Source of the DNA: a virus
Lineage: Duplodnaviria; Caudoviricetes
Strand: one strand, 5' to 3'
Virus record (IMG/VR): IMGVR_UViG_3300012347_000587
Coordinates: 1 to 38,127 of that record
DNA length: 38,127 bases
The notes under the pieces: model-generated
What the model was told of the DNA's origin: nothing
What the model saw: only the letters and a program-made list of their open reading frames with translations
The model's database searches: none
Shown: positions 16,803-25,772 of the stretch, one piece after another
How positions within the stretch are numbered: the first letter of the stretch is position 1
Layout of the letters: each line of letters begins with the position of its first letter
Position numbers and translations under genes: made by a program

Positions 16803-17798
16803 CTATCCTATGATAGCGGCTACACCTTCATCACGGATGGCAATACCAATAAAGTAAAGCTCAAAACCGATAGTGTTTCGTCTGTTTTCTGGATCTAATT
16901 CTTTTGGTCTTGCATAACGGGTTACGCTACCAGTGGCTTTGAAACACGTTTTTTCGTGCATAATTACAGAGGCCATTTGTACACCGTCAGCTGCGCCAAA
17001 AGCTACTTTTGTACCCGCAGTAAATGTTGGGTTATAAGTACTTTCGTAAGTTTTGAAACCGTAGTATGATTTAGAAAGAACACCATCTACAGCATTATGG
17101 TACTGTGTTTGGAAGGTTCTGTCTTCATTCAATAAGTCGGCAACGTGATCTGGACATAATACCAGGATACGACCTTCTTTAGGTACTAACAATTTATCAA
17201 GTTTTTTCTTCATCAAGGCAACATCTTTTGAGGTCAATGTTGGTCTTGCTCCGTCAACCGCTCCTGTACAAACTAATACTGGAGTAGTCGCAGTGTTAGC
17301 AGATGGTGCAATTGAATGTAAAGCGTGTTGGCCTGTTTTGTCCTCCAACTCTTCTCTGTGTTGTTCTTGAACGTCAGAAACTTTTTCGTATGGCAATGCG
17401 TATAATTCGGCAGCCGTTACGGTTGTGTTAGTAGTTTCGTATTTGTTCAAAGAAAGTACTACATGAGTATCATCTCTACCTGCAGAAACAATCGGATAAA
17501 CTGTGTTGTTGATTAACACGGAAGGAGCCGCGCCTCTTTTTGGTATTTTTATGACGTCGTTGTCAACCCAAGATTGTTTGCTTTTTAAAAGGCCTAACCA
17601 AGAATTATCGTGGCGAAATTTTTTCAACATTTCTTTTTCTGCAGTTTGATTTAAAACTGGCAAAGCGACAGGAGTTACACCCGCCATTTGAACACCGTTT
17701 TCGCTCATTCCAAAAGCGTGAGCCACGAATGATGCACCAAGGCATAAGGCTAAAATAAATACGACTTTAAAAAGTCCAGAAATTTTCAGATTTTTCAT
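16803..17798 (-). CDS. Major capsid protein with hydrophobic N-terminal extension
   Basis: Follows protease/scaffold; VPKEGRILVLCP...YYGFKTYES HK97-like pattern; 331 aa. Confidence 0.8.
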   Translation of the reverse strand: MKNLKISGLFKVVFILALCLGASFVAHAFGMSENGVQMAGVTPVALPVLNQTAEKEMLKKFRHDNSWLGLLKSKQSWVDNDVIKIPKRGAAPSVLINNTVYPIVSAGRDDTHVVLSLNKYETTNTTVTAAELYALPYEKVSDVQEQHREELEDKTGQHALHSIAPSANTATTPVLVCTGAVDGARPTLTSKDVALMKKKLDKLLVPKEGRILVLCPDHVADLLNEDRTFQTQYHNAVDGVLSKSYYGFKTYESTYNPTFTAGTKVAFGAADGVQMASVIMHEKTCFKATGSVTRYARPKELDPENRRNTIGFELYFIGIAIRDEGVAAIIG

Positions 17799-17851
17799 AT
17801 TTGAATTTGATTTAATTTTACTAATTGATTTTACGAGTGGATCGTGGCTTT

Positions 17852-18916
17852 TTATCCGAAGTAAGCCGCTTCTAGTTGTTTGAATTTTTCGGGGTCTTTA
17901 GTCATCAGTTCCATCAACGCTTCCGGGTCTTTGGCTTGATAATCTTCCATAGTCCATTTGTCACGTCCTGCAGCGGTAACTCCCTCTTCCAATTCGGCAG
18001 AGATTTTTGTCACGCCTTGCATAGCGTCAATAATGGTTTTTGTTCCTTCAAAATCGGCGGTGGCTAATTTTGAGTAGTGAGGAGCTAAATCAGCCGTGAA
18101 TTTTTTAGCCAAAACCGCTGCATCCACCAATGTTTTTACATTAGCTTCCAAAGTTGTTTTTGCGCTAGCCTCCAACGTTTCTGTTTTACCTGCCTGTGTC
18201 TGAAGCGCAGTCAATGCGGCTTCAATTTGAGCATCTGTAGCGTCAGCCGAAAGCTTTAGTCTACTAATCAGTACGGTTCTTTCCATTTGTTTTTTGTTTT
18301 CATTATTAATTTTCGGGATAATTGGAGCCGCGATGGCTTCCAATATTTTGATACTTTCGGCCGTTACGGTCTCAGTTTGTTCTAGTATTGAATTGAGCAG
18401 ACCATTAACAAGTGCCTCGTTGGCAGTCATCCAGTAATCGCCTTGTGCAAAAAAGGCTTCAACCTCCTCAAGCGTTTTATTCATTTTAGTGGAATAGGCG
18501 GTTTTGTATTCCTCCGTGGTGTTTTCCAATAACTTTAAATCGGCTTTAATGGTAACAATATCACCGTAGGTTCCCAGTCTTGGGCGGTGGATCATTATTT
18601 GAGAATTCGGGTAAGCGATACTTGGAAATTGTGTCATAAAGTAAGTCGCTGCCGATGCGGCAACCGCTCCAATTTTCACGGTCACTTTTGGCAATCGTTT
18701 TAAATCGTTACACATTTCTGTGGCTTCAAAGCAATTCCCTCCCGCACTATTAATATAAACTTCAACATCCGTAATACCCGTTTTCAGGTAGTCATCTACA
18801 ATGGCTCTTATGGTGGCAGAGGAACTTTGTGACCACTCACCAATACGGTCAATGATTTTTATGGTTCCGGCTGTTCCGGCACTCGATGCTTCAATAAATG
18901 TTTTAGGTTTTGCCAT
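17852..18916 (-). CDS. ClpP-like head maturation protease with C-terminal scaffold domain
   Basis: INSAGG, AASAA (Ser), IMIHRP (His), WMTANEAL..GL; helical Ala/Glu-rich C-terminus. Confidence 0.9.
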   Translation of the reverse strand: MAKPKTFIEASSAGTAGTIKIIDRIGEWSQSSSATIRAIVDDYLKTGITDVEVYINSAGGNCFEATEMCNDLKRLPKVTVKIGAVAASAATYFMTQFPSIAYPNSQIMIHRPRLGTYGDIVTIKADLKLLENTTEEYKTAYSTKMNKTLEEVEAFFAQGDYWMTANEALVNGLLNSILEQTETVTAESIKILEAIAAPIIPKINNENKKQMERTVLISRLKLSADATDAQIEAALTALQTQAGKTETLEASAKTTLEANVKTLVDAAVLAKKFTADLAPHYSKLATADFEGTKTIIDAMQGVTKISAELEEGVTAAGRDKWTMEDYQAKDPEALMELMTKDPEKFKQLEAAYFG

Positions 18917-18947
18917 TCAATACTATGTTTTATTCGCTTTTGAGATG

Positions 18948-19082
18948 ACAAAGTTTGGCTTTTTATGCAGGGTAAAAAAAAAGAGGTTTTAACTTAGTAA
19001 CTATCCGTTACTTAATTAGTTACGTATAGTTACCGAGTTGTAAGGTTGATTCATTTTTTACCCTTAATTACAACAACTTTGT
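18948..19082. promoter_or_regulatory. Bidirectional late promoter region
   Basis: Divergent genes; mirror AACTTTGT boxes (18948-18955 on -, 19075-19082 on +), 11-bp IR AGGGTAAAAAA/TTTTTTACCCT, central GTTAC/GTAAC repeats. Confidence 0.6.
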
Positions 19083-19099
19083 ATCATAGAAATAACACT

Positions 19100-19597
19100 A
19101 TGGCTAAGGAAAAAGAGAAGCGTATCGCTTTCGATTACTACACAAATCAAGGTTTAACGGCTAAAGCCATTTCGGAAATTGTAAATGTTTCCGAAAAAAC
19201 CATAGGCGACTGGGTTGAAAAAGGCAAGTGGAAAGGTGTGCGGGATTCTAATATGAACAGCTCACAAAACCGCGCCTCCAAAATCAAGGAGTTGATTAGT
19301 GAACTAACTGAGCAACAACTCGAAATCAGTGAGGAGATTAAAGCAGCGAAGGCAATTGGAGAAAAAGAGCAAGTTATTGCATTGCGTCAACAATCTGCGT
19401 CCATTAGTCAAGAGGTGGCCATACAAACAAAAGCATTGGAGCGTATGGATTCCGAAAACCGTATTTCATTAGGGCTATACCTCGAAGTAATGGCCGACAT
19501 CTTCAAGAACTTAGAGCATTTCGACAAAGACGTGTACTTAAAAACATTGGACTTTCAAGAGTCCCATTTATCAACCATATCAATCAAACTAGGATAA
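19100..19597 (+). CDS. terS: Terminase small subunit (N-terminal HTH)
   Basis: Likely start ATG 19100; GLTAKAISEIVNVSEKTIGDW..KGKW HTH; upstream of terL. Confidence 0.75.
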   Translation: MAKEKEKRIAFDYYTNQGLTAKAISEIVNVSEKTIGDWVEKGKWKGVRDSNMNSSQNRASKIKELISELTEQQLEISEEIKAAKAIGEKEQVIALRQQSASISQEVAIQTKALERMDSENRISLGLYLEVMADIFKNLEHFDKDVYLKTLDFQESHLSTISIKLG

Positions 19598-19848
19598 TGA
19601 GCGTATTCAAAATTATATTGAACCTTATGGTTCAAAAAGCCCCTTTAAGTCAATATTACCTAAACGTTGGAGCACACTTCTTAAAAAAAGGAGCGGGTTT
19701 TAAAATAGGACAAATTGTTAAAGAAAAGCACCTTTCAGATGGTTTATATCGTGTGAAAGTGATTACCGGACTATTCTATGATTTCAACACCAATAAGGTA
19801 ACTCATACTGCCGAAAATAGAATTATCAAGAATGAAAAGAAACGATAA
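19597..19848 (+). CDS. Hypothetical protein
   Basis: TAATG coupling to terS; overlaps terL start. Confidence 0.65.
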   Translation: MSVFKIILNLMVQKAPLSQYYLNVGAHFLKKGAGFKIGQIVKEKHLSDGLYRVKVITGLFYDFNTNKVTHTAENRIIKNEKKR

Positions 19849-21352
19849 GGCCACTCTCGAACGCTACAAAAAGAAGCTCGAACTTTCCCGCTCGTTTTCG
19901 AATGTAAATCCATTTGAAACCGATAAAGAAAAGCGCGAAGCTATTGAGGTTGCAAAAAAGAGTTACCGTGCAATGGTGCAACGATATTTTCCGCATTATG
20001 CCACATCCGAAACGCCCGACTTTCACATTGATTTTGCCAATAAAATAAAGAAGGAAAAAACCATAAAAGCATTTGCCGAATGGGGAAGAGCCTCTGCAAA
20101 ATCAGTTGTAAACTGTGTTCTTGTGCCTTTTTGGTTATGGATAAATGGGGAGCCAATGTATTTGGTTGTTGTGGGTAACAACGCAGACAGGGGTAAACAA
20201 TTATTGGAGGACATTCGTGCGGAGTTCGAAAGCAACCCGCAAATTATAAACGATTTTGGGGAGCAATACAACCAAGGCTCTTGGGAGGATGGCTTCTTTA
20301 TTACAAAAAGTGGTTTCATTGGCCAGTCGCTTGGTATGGGTCAATCCGTTAGGGGTTTGCGTGTAAAAAGCAGAAGACCTACTCATATTGTTCCTGATGA
20401 TACTGAGACAAAAGATTTAAACCAAAACCCAGTGCGTCAGCTAAAAATGGCTCGTTGGATTGAACGGGATTTGATTCCAACAATGGATGGTCCAATTCGG
20501 AGGTATATTCATAGTAACAATAAATTTGCTCCAAAAATGGTACAAACCATTCTACAGGAGTTACACCCTGATTGGTGGGTACATCGAGTAAATGCGTATG
20601 ATCCTGTTACATATCAACCAGTTTGGGAGTCAAAATACACTGCTGACTACTTCAGACAGATAGAAAAGGAAATTGGAGTTTTAGCGGCTAACGCAGAGTT
20701 TAATAATACTCCCCATATCGAGGGAACAATTTTCAAAGCAGAGGACATTCAATATGCACCATTACCAAAACTCAACACGTTTAAAATCATTTTTGGTTAT
20801 TGGGATGTGGCCTATTCCGGTACACAAACTTCTGATTACAACGCCATAGTTGTGGAGGGTTTAAAAGACCGAGATTTTTGGGAAATTGATTGCTTTGTCC
20901 AACAATGCAAAATGAGTGCAGCATTAGCCTATATGTGCCAGTTTCAAAAATCATTGCCGGACACGGTTGTCGTGCATTGGGTGTTTGAAAGCCAGTTTTG
21001 GAACGATGCTGTTGATAGCGCAATTCGCGATGCCGAAAAACTGTTTAACTGCCGTTTAAATATTATTAAAAGAGATAGACCACGTGCCAATAAATACGAC
21101 AGGATGCTACAATTGCAACCATATTTTCAAAATGGGCGATTCTTTTACAGTGATAAATTAAAGCACAAAAAAGACCATCAAATTGCGATGCAGCAACTTT
21201 TTGGCATCGAACCAGGATATAACTCAAAGGATGATTATCCGGATGCGAAAAAAGGCGTTACGGATGAGTTAGAAAAATATGTAACCTATGGAGGTTCTGA
21301 AAACAGCAGCTATAAATCGGGTCGAATGAGCCATAATAATGATAGAATATGA
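19832..21352 (+). CDS. terL: Terminase large subunit (Mu gp28-like)
   Basis: GRASAKS Walker A variant, GQSVRGLR, RPTHIVPDD Walker B, YWDVAYS and DDYPDA RNase H-like nuclease motifs. Confidence 0.9.
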   Translation: MKRNDKATLERYKKKLELSRSFSNVNPFETDKEKREAIEVAKKSYRAMVQRYFPHYATSETPDFHIDFANKIKKEKTIKAFAEWGRASAKSVVNCVLVPFWLWINGEPMYLVVVGNNADRGKQLLEDIRAEFESNPQIINDFGEQYNQGSWEDGFFITKSGFIGQSLGMGQSVRGLRVKSRRPTHIVPDDTETKDLNQNPVRQLKMARWIERDLIPTMDGPIRRYIHSNNKFAPKMVQTILQELHPDWWVHRVNAYDPVTYQPVWESKYTADYFRQIEKEIGVLAANAEFNNTPHIEGTIFKAEDIQYAPLPKLNTFKIIFGYWDVAYSGTQTSDYNAIVVEGLKDRDFWEIDCFVQQCKMSAALAYMCQFQKSLPDTVVVHWVFESQFWNDAVDSAIRDAEKLFNCRLNIIKRDRPRANKYDRMLQLQPYFQNGRFFYSDKLKHKKDHQIAMQQLFGIEPGYNSKDDYPDAKKGVTDELEKYVTYGGSENSSYKSGRMSHNNDRI

Positions 21353-21771
21353 TTTATATTGATAAGGAATACTTAGTCAGTTTTGCACAGGAGCGTTTTA
21401 TTGACGAAAGCTCGCAAAGTGACGATACCATTTTAGACCAAATTGAGGAAACTCAAATAGCAGTTATCAAAAGTTACTTAGGAACACGTTACGCCACCGA
21501 AACCGTATTTGATGAAGCTGACCCAATTCACAATGAAGTATTGCGCGAAATATTGGCAAAGTTGGTATTATACAAACTCATTCGTAGGAATGCAGCTCGC
21601 AAAGTTCCAAACGACTACAAAGAGCAATATGACGAGGCTATGAAAACTTTAAAAGAGGTTTCAATTGGCATTATCAAACTTGGTGGAGTTCCTCCTGCAG
21701 TGGATGAAACCGGAGCCATAATAAGCAATTCAATATCAGGGAATTTAACCAATAAAGATTTTTACATATAA
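21349..21771 (+). CDS. Head-tail adaptor, Mu gp36/DUF1320-like
   Basis: IKSYLGTRY...LYKL.RR...YDEAMKTLKEV..G pattern. Confidence 0.85.
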   Translation: MIYIDKEYLVSFAQERFIDESSQSDDTILDQIEETQIAVIKSYLGTRYATETVFDEADPIHNEVLREILAKLVLYKLIRRNAARKVPNDYKEQYDEAMKTLKEVSIGIIKLGGVPPAVDETGAIISNSISGNLTNKDFYI

Positions 21772-23051
21772 TGGAAAATCCTTTTAAACAAGCCTACACG
21801 GCATTAGAGAACAAAATATTAAAGAATACTGACCCACGCAAACTTAAAGCGGTTTCGGCTGCCATGAGTGCGGATAAAAGTTATTCAAGACAACTGGAAA
21901 TGGAGTCCGTTACAATGGCATCCAAAAACCTTTCAGAATGGAAAACAGCCATCCAGTTGGCCACCGATCCCGAAAATCCTGACCGCTCTAATTTAAGGAC
22001 TTTATATGAAAATCTTTTATTGGACAATCACTTGGCATCGGTTATTGATTCAAGGATTTTGTTTTGCCAACGCTCTACATTTAAAATAGTAGACGAAAGC
22101 GGGACAGAAGATGAGGAGTTATCCAAACTTTTGGAGCGTACTTGGTTTGAAGAATTGGTGCATCTTATTTTAATGGCGCGCTTTCAAGGAACTACTTTGA
22201 TTGAGTTATTTGAGGTTGACGAATTGGGGGAACTGAACGAGGTTAACGAAATCCCATTAGGCTATTTCAATCCAAAAAAGGGCATCATTACCAAAACGCC
22301 TGGAGAAGATAAAGGTTGGCCATACAAAGAGGGAACAATGGCAAATTACTACCTTCAGGTAGGAAAAGACAAAGACCTTGGAATGTTAGCCAAAGTGGCT
22401 CCAATTGTTCTTGCCAAAAAACTAGGCATTGGCTCTTGGCTTGATTTTGTAGAAAAATATGGAGTACCACCGTTATTTATTACAACAGATCGCGAAGACG
22501 ACTCCCGTTTAAATCAATTATTTGAAGCCGCCCAGAATTTCAAGTCCAACCACTTTATGGTAGGTCGCGGAAACGAGAAGTTTGAGGTTCCTTCGGTTAC
22601 GTCAAACAATCCATCTGGAGCATTCGACCCTTTAATTGAACGCGCCAATTCCGAAATATCAAAACGCTTTCTTGGAGGTACCGGATTGACGGACGAAAAA
22701 GGTTTTGTGGGTAGTGTCGAGATTCAGTTTAAGTTAGCAAAAGACCGTTTTGAAAGTGATAAGCTAATGATTAAAAACGTAATGAATAAAGGCATCTTTC
22801 CACGCCTCATTAAATTATCTCCTATTTATTCCGGGTTTACCGGTAAAACTTTCATTTGGGATAATGCCGAAATCAGGACATCCAAAGAAACTGCAGATTT
22901 AGTGAACGTTTTAGGCCAACAGTTTGAGATTGACCCGGAATGGGTAGAGCAACAAACAGGAGTGCCAATTTTAGGACAAAAGGCCGTAGCCGGTTCTCCC
23001 GACCCCTTGGCTCTTGATCCCGCTAAAAAAAAAAGTCTAGCGAAAAAATAA
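21771..23051 (+). CDS. Portal protein (DUF935/Mu gp29-like)
   Basis: DNHLASVIDSR, WLDFVEKYGVP, NSEISKRFLGGT motifs. Confidence 0.9.
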   Translation: MENPFKQAYTALENKILKNTDPRKLKAVSAAMSADKSYSRQLEMESVTMASKNLSEWKTAIQLATDPENPDRSNLRTLYENLLLDNHLASVIDSRILFCQRSTFKIVDESGTEDEELSKLLERTWFEELVHLILMARFQGTTLIELFEVDELGELNEVNEIPLGYFNPKKGIITKTPGEDKGWPYKEGTMANYYLQVGKDKDLGMLAKVAPIVLAKKLGIGSWLDFVEKYGVPPLFITTDREDDSRLNQLFEAAQNFKSNHFMVGRGNEKFEVPSVTSNNPSGAFDPLIERANSEISKRFLGGTGLTDEKGFVGSVEIQFKLAKDRFESDKLMIKNVMNKGIFPRLIKLSPIYSGFTGKTFIWDNAEIRTSKETADLVNVLGQQFEIDPEWVEQQTGVPILGQKAVAGSPDPLALDPAKKKSLAKK

Positions 23052-24349
23052 CGGCTTTATTTGAGCGATTAGAAGGTAATTATCATTCCTGCAGCCACGA
23101 CCATTTACCACAAGTTGAGGCAATTGATTTGAGCCGCTATAATGCCATTATTGACAAACTAGCCCAAGAGTTACACGACGGAACAGTAAGCCCATCCTTG
23201 AGCATTGAGAACTTAACGCTCCAAACATTTTCAGACTTGAATAGTGGAGCTACGGAAGGCTACGGATCTAAATATACTTTGTTTGGAAAAGATGCCGGGA
23301 AAGATGCTGCAGTATTACAAATGCAACAAAATATCTACCGATTTTCACACGCCAAAACCGTGGCAGAATTAGAGGAATTTAATAAGCTGCTTTATGATGG
23401 CGACCAAATTAGGCCTTTTAATGACTTCAAAACAGAGGTTGAAAAAATCAATGCCAAGTACAACCGGAGCTATCTTGAAACCGAGTACACCACGGCAAGA
23501 AATGCGGCAGAACACGCCCGAAAATGGCAGGACTACCAATCGGATAAAGATTTATTTCCCAACCTGAAATATATGACCGTTGGCGATGGACGCGTACGAG
23601 AGGAACACGCCGCACTGCAGGGAGTTATAAAACCATTGGACGACCCTTTTTGGAGTTTATATTATCCTCCAAATGGATGGAACTGTCGTTGCTACACCGT
23701 ACAAACTGCGGAGCCAATGGACAAAGGCAAATATGAGGACAAAACAGTACCTAAACAGTTTTTAGGAAATGTAGGGAAGGACAATGTAATTTTTTCCAAA
23801 GAGCAAACTTTCTTTCAGATTGCAAAAGCCGTTGGAACTAAGGGCACGAGACAAGCCTTTGAATATTCAAAAATAAATGTACCATTAATTAAGGCCTACA
23901 AAAGCACCAAATCTAGCGGAAGAGTAAATGTAAGTCCTTGGACTGATACTAGAAATAATGAGCTATTTGGAAATTATGGAACTGCAATCGCTCTGGCCGA
24001 TAAGGAAAGTTTAAAAATTGATTTAGTGGCTCATTTAGACGGTAAAATTATTCTAGGCAAGCCAAGCCCGGAGTATAGAATTAATGGTAAAATAGGCGAT
24101 AGAAAAACACCTACAACCTTAAATTATACTAAGACTTTAGCCAAAGCAAATCAGCAAATGTGCGAGGTTGTAGTTTATGATTTGTCGAAAAATGGAGATA
24201 CCATTGACAATGCTTTACAAAAAATCAGTAATGTGTTAGGCAAAAAATCTAAGGATGGGAAACCTGTACACGGCAACATAAAAGAAATTTATATTGTATC
24301 TGGAGACAGAAAAACAATAAAGCATTTTAAACGAGAAAAAGCGGACTAA
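23027..24349 (+). CDS. MuF (gp30) minor head protein with C-terminal CdiA-like nuclease domain; probably made as a portal fusion
   Basis: YMTVGDGRVREEH...DDPFW..YPPNGWNCRC MuF motifs; C-terminal SPEYRINGKIGDRK...KANQQ..VVVYDL; frame open from 23027, first start only TTG 23129. Confidence 0.85.
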   Translation, partial: KKKSSEKITALFERLEGNYHSCSHDHLPQVEAIDLSRYNAIIDKLAQELHDGTVSPSLSIENLTLQTFSDLNSGATEGYGSKYTLFGKDAGKDAAVLQMQQNIYRFSHAKTVAELEEFNKLLYDGDQIRPFNDFKTEVEKINAKYNRSYLETEYTTARNAAEHARKWQDYQSDKDLFPNLKYMTVGDGRVREEHAALQGVIKPLDDPFWSLYYPPNGWNCRCYTVQTAEPMDKGKYEDKTVPKQFLGNVGKDNVIFSKEQTFFQIAKAVGTKGTRQAFEYSKINVPLIKAYKSTKSSGRVNVSPWTDTRNNELFGNYGTAIALADKESLKIDLVAHLDGKIILGKPSPEYRINGKIGDRKTPTTLNYTKTLAKANQQMCEVVVYDLSKNGDTIDNALQKISNVLGKKSKDGKPVHGNIKEIYIVSGDRKTIKHFKREKAD

Positions 24350-24415
24350 AAGCCCGCTTTCTCGAAAGAACCATCTCAAGGAAAGCCGAGAGATTTATAT
24401 TTCATTGCAAATATA
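24332..24415 (-). ncRNA. Candidate antisense small RNA unit (promoter, hairpin, terminator) at the 3' end of muF
   Basis: TATATTTG at 24415-24408; ATCTC/GAGAT hairpin; terminator GCGGGCT-TTT-AGTCCGC-TTTTT whose G.U pair forms only on the minus strand. Confidence 0.5.
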
Positions 24416-24461
24416 CAAACATTTTTTAAACGTTAATTAAAAGAAAGTTAAATTTCATTTT

Positions 24462-24986
24462 ATGGCCAAAAGAAGAGAAGACGAGGTTCCTGATTTTTTA
24501 GGAATTGCACGCCAACTAAAAATTGACGTGGTGCGCTATGCTGCCATAACCGGACTTAACTTTTTTATTGATAGTTTCCAAAAACAAGGGTTTACAAATA
24601 CCAGTTTTGAGGCTTGGCAAAAGCGAAGTAATGACAGCCGTCCCGGTGGTGCCATATTGGTCAAAAGTTCTTTTCTTAGGAACAGCGTAAAGGTAATGCA
24701 GCAGTCATCGGATGCCGTTTTATACGGTTCCAATGCTCCTCACGCCAAAATTCACAATGAAGGTGGTGTTATCAATATGACGTTGACAAAGAAAGCGCGC
24801 AAGTACTTTTGGTTTATGTATTATGCCACAAACGATACTAGGTACAAATGGATGGCAATTAGCAAAAAGGATCATCTTACTATAAAAATACCCAAGCGAC
24901 AATTTATAGGCCATAGCGAAACATTAATGAGCAACTTAGAGGTTTGGCTTAAAAACGAAATAGAAACCCGATTTAAAAACAGTTAA
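24462..24986 (+). CDS. Virion morphogenesis protein (Mu gpG-like neck protein)
   Basis: WQKR..ILVKSSFLRNS..HAKIHNEGG..IPKRQFIG. Confidence 0.9.
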   Translation: MAKRREDEVPDFLGIARQLKIDVVRYAAITGLNFFIDSFQKQGFTNTSFEAWQKRSNDSRPGGAILVKSSFLRNSVKVMQQSSDAVLYGSNAPHAKIHNEGGVINMTLTKKARKYFWFMYYATNDTRYKWMAISKKDHLTIKIPKRQFIGHSETLMSNLEVWLKNEIETRFKNS

Positions 24987-24987
24987 T

Positions 24988-25500
24988 ATGAGCGTAACAC
25001 ACAACTGGACAAAGGCTTTATACAAAGAGTTGGCCGAGAAGACGACAAATGGAATTGCAGCCGTTAAATGGTTCGATTTATGGCACAATCAAGTGGGATT
25101 TTTAGAAGACGAACATCCGTTTCCGACACCTGCAGTGTTTACAGCATTTAGATCTGGAAAGATTACGGATATATCCCAAAAAGTGCAACAAGTAAACCTG
25201 CAGGTTGATTTCTACATTTATTTTGAAACCTTTGCGGATACGTACAGCGGAGCAATTAATGAAGATGCTGCCCTTAACTTCTTGGACACTATTGACGAGT
25301 TAAACAGACTTTTTCACGCTACAAGTGGGGAAAATTACACCGGAATGAAACGTATTGGATTTAATCCAGAGGACACAGGAAACGCGGGAAATTTGTATAG
25401 GGTAACGTATGAATGTTTGTATAATGATTACACGGCTTTTGTTGAACCAGGAGAAGGAACCTTTTCAGATCTAAACGTTGAGAAGTTTATTGTTGATTAA
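24988..25500 (+). CDS. Tail completion/terminator protein (gp37-like)
   Basis: VKWFDLWHNQV..FPTPAVF motif; synteny. Confidence 0.6.
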   Translation: MSVTHNWTKALYKELAEKTTNGIAAVKWFDLWHNQVGFLEDEHPFPTPAVFTAFRSGKITDISQKVQQVNLQVDFYIYFETFADTYSGAINEDAALNFLDTIDELNRLFHATSGENYTGMKRIGFNPEDTGNAGNLYRVTYECLYNDYTAFVEPGEGTFSDLNVEKFIVD

Positions 25501-25708
25501 ACATTGATAATTGCGGTGTAGCATAAGCCACGCGATTAAAGACAATGTTTTCGATAGTTTTTGGAGATTTATAGTACTTGTTTCCAAGCTTGGCTAGTAT
25601 CCAGTCGGTGGTGTATTTTTGCACGCCAAATTCTTTCATAGACGAGAACTTGATAAAGTCACGCTTTAGGTCTTCATAGAATCTATTAGTTTCGTCCCGT
25701 GCTGCCAT
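25487..25708 (-). CDS. Putative Mor/C-like late transcription activator
   Basis: Likely start ATG 25708; LAKLGNKYYKSPKTIENIV HTH-like C-terminus; last gene of the early arm. Confidence 0.6.
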   Translation of the reverse strand: MAARDETNRFYEDLKRDFIKFSSMKEFGVQKYTTDWILAKLGNKYYKSPKTIENIVFNRVAYATPQLSMFNQQ

Positions 25709-25737
25709 GAGACAAATATAATTAACTTTATTGTAAT

Positions 25738-25772
25738 AAAAAACCCGATTTTTTAGGTCGGGTTTTTGTTTT
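25738..25772. terminator. Intrinsic terminator (better on +, likely bidirectional)
   Basis: AAAAAACCCGATT-TTTT-AGGTCGGGTTTTTGTTTT. Confidence 0.75.

Noticed and set aside
19046-19099. Extended N-termini given by the ORF track (19046, also 25795, 13696, 36551)
   Set aside because: They run through promoter or terminator sequence or the upstream gene; downstream ATGs fit better
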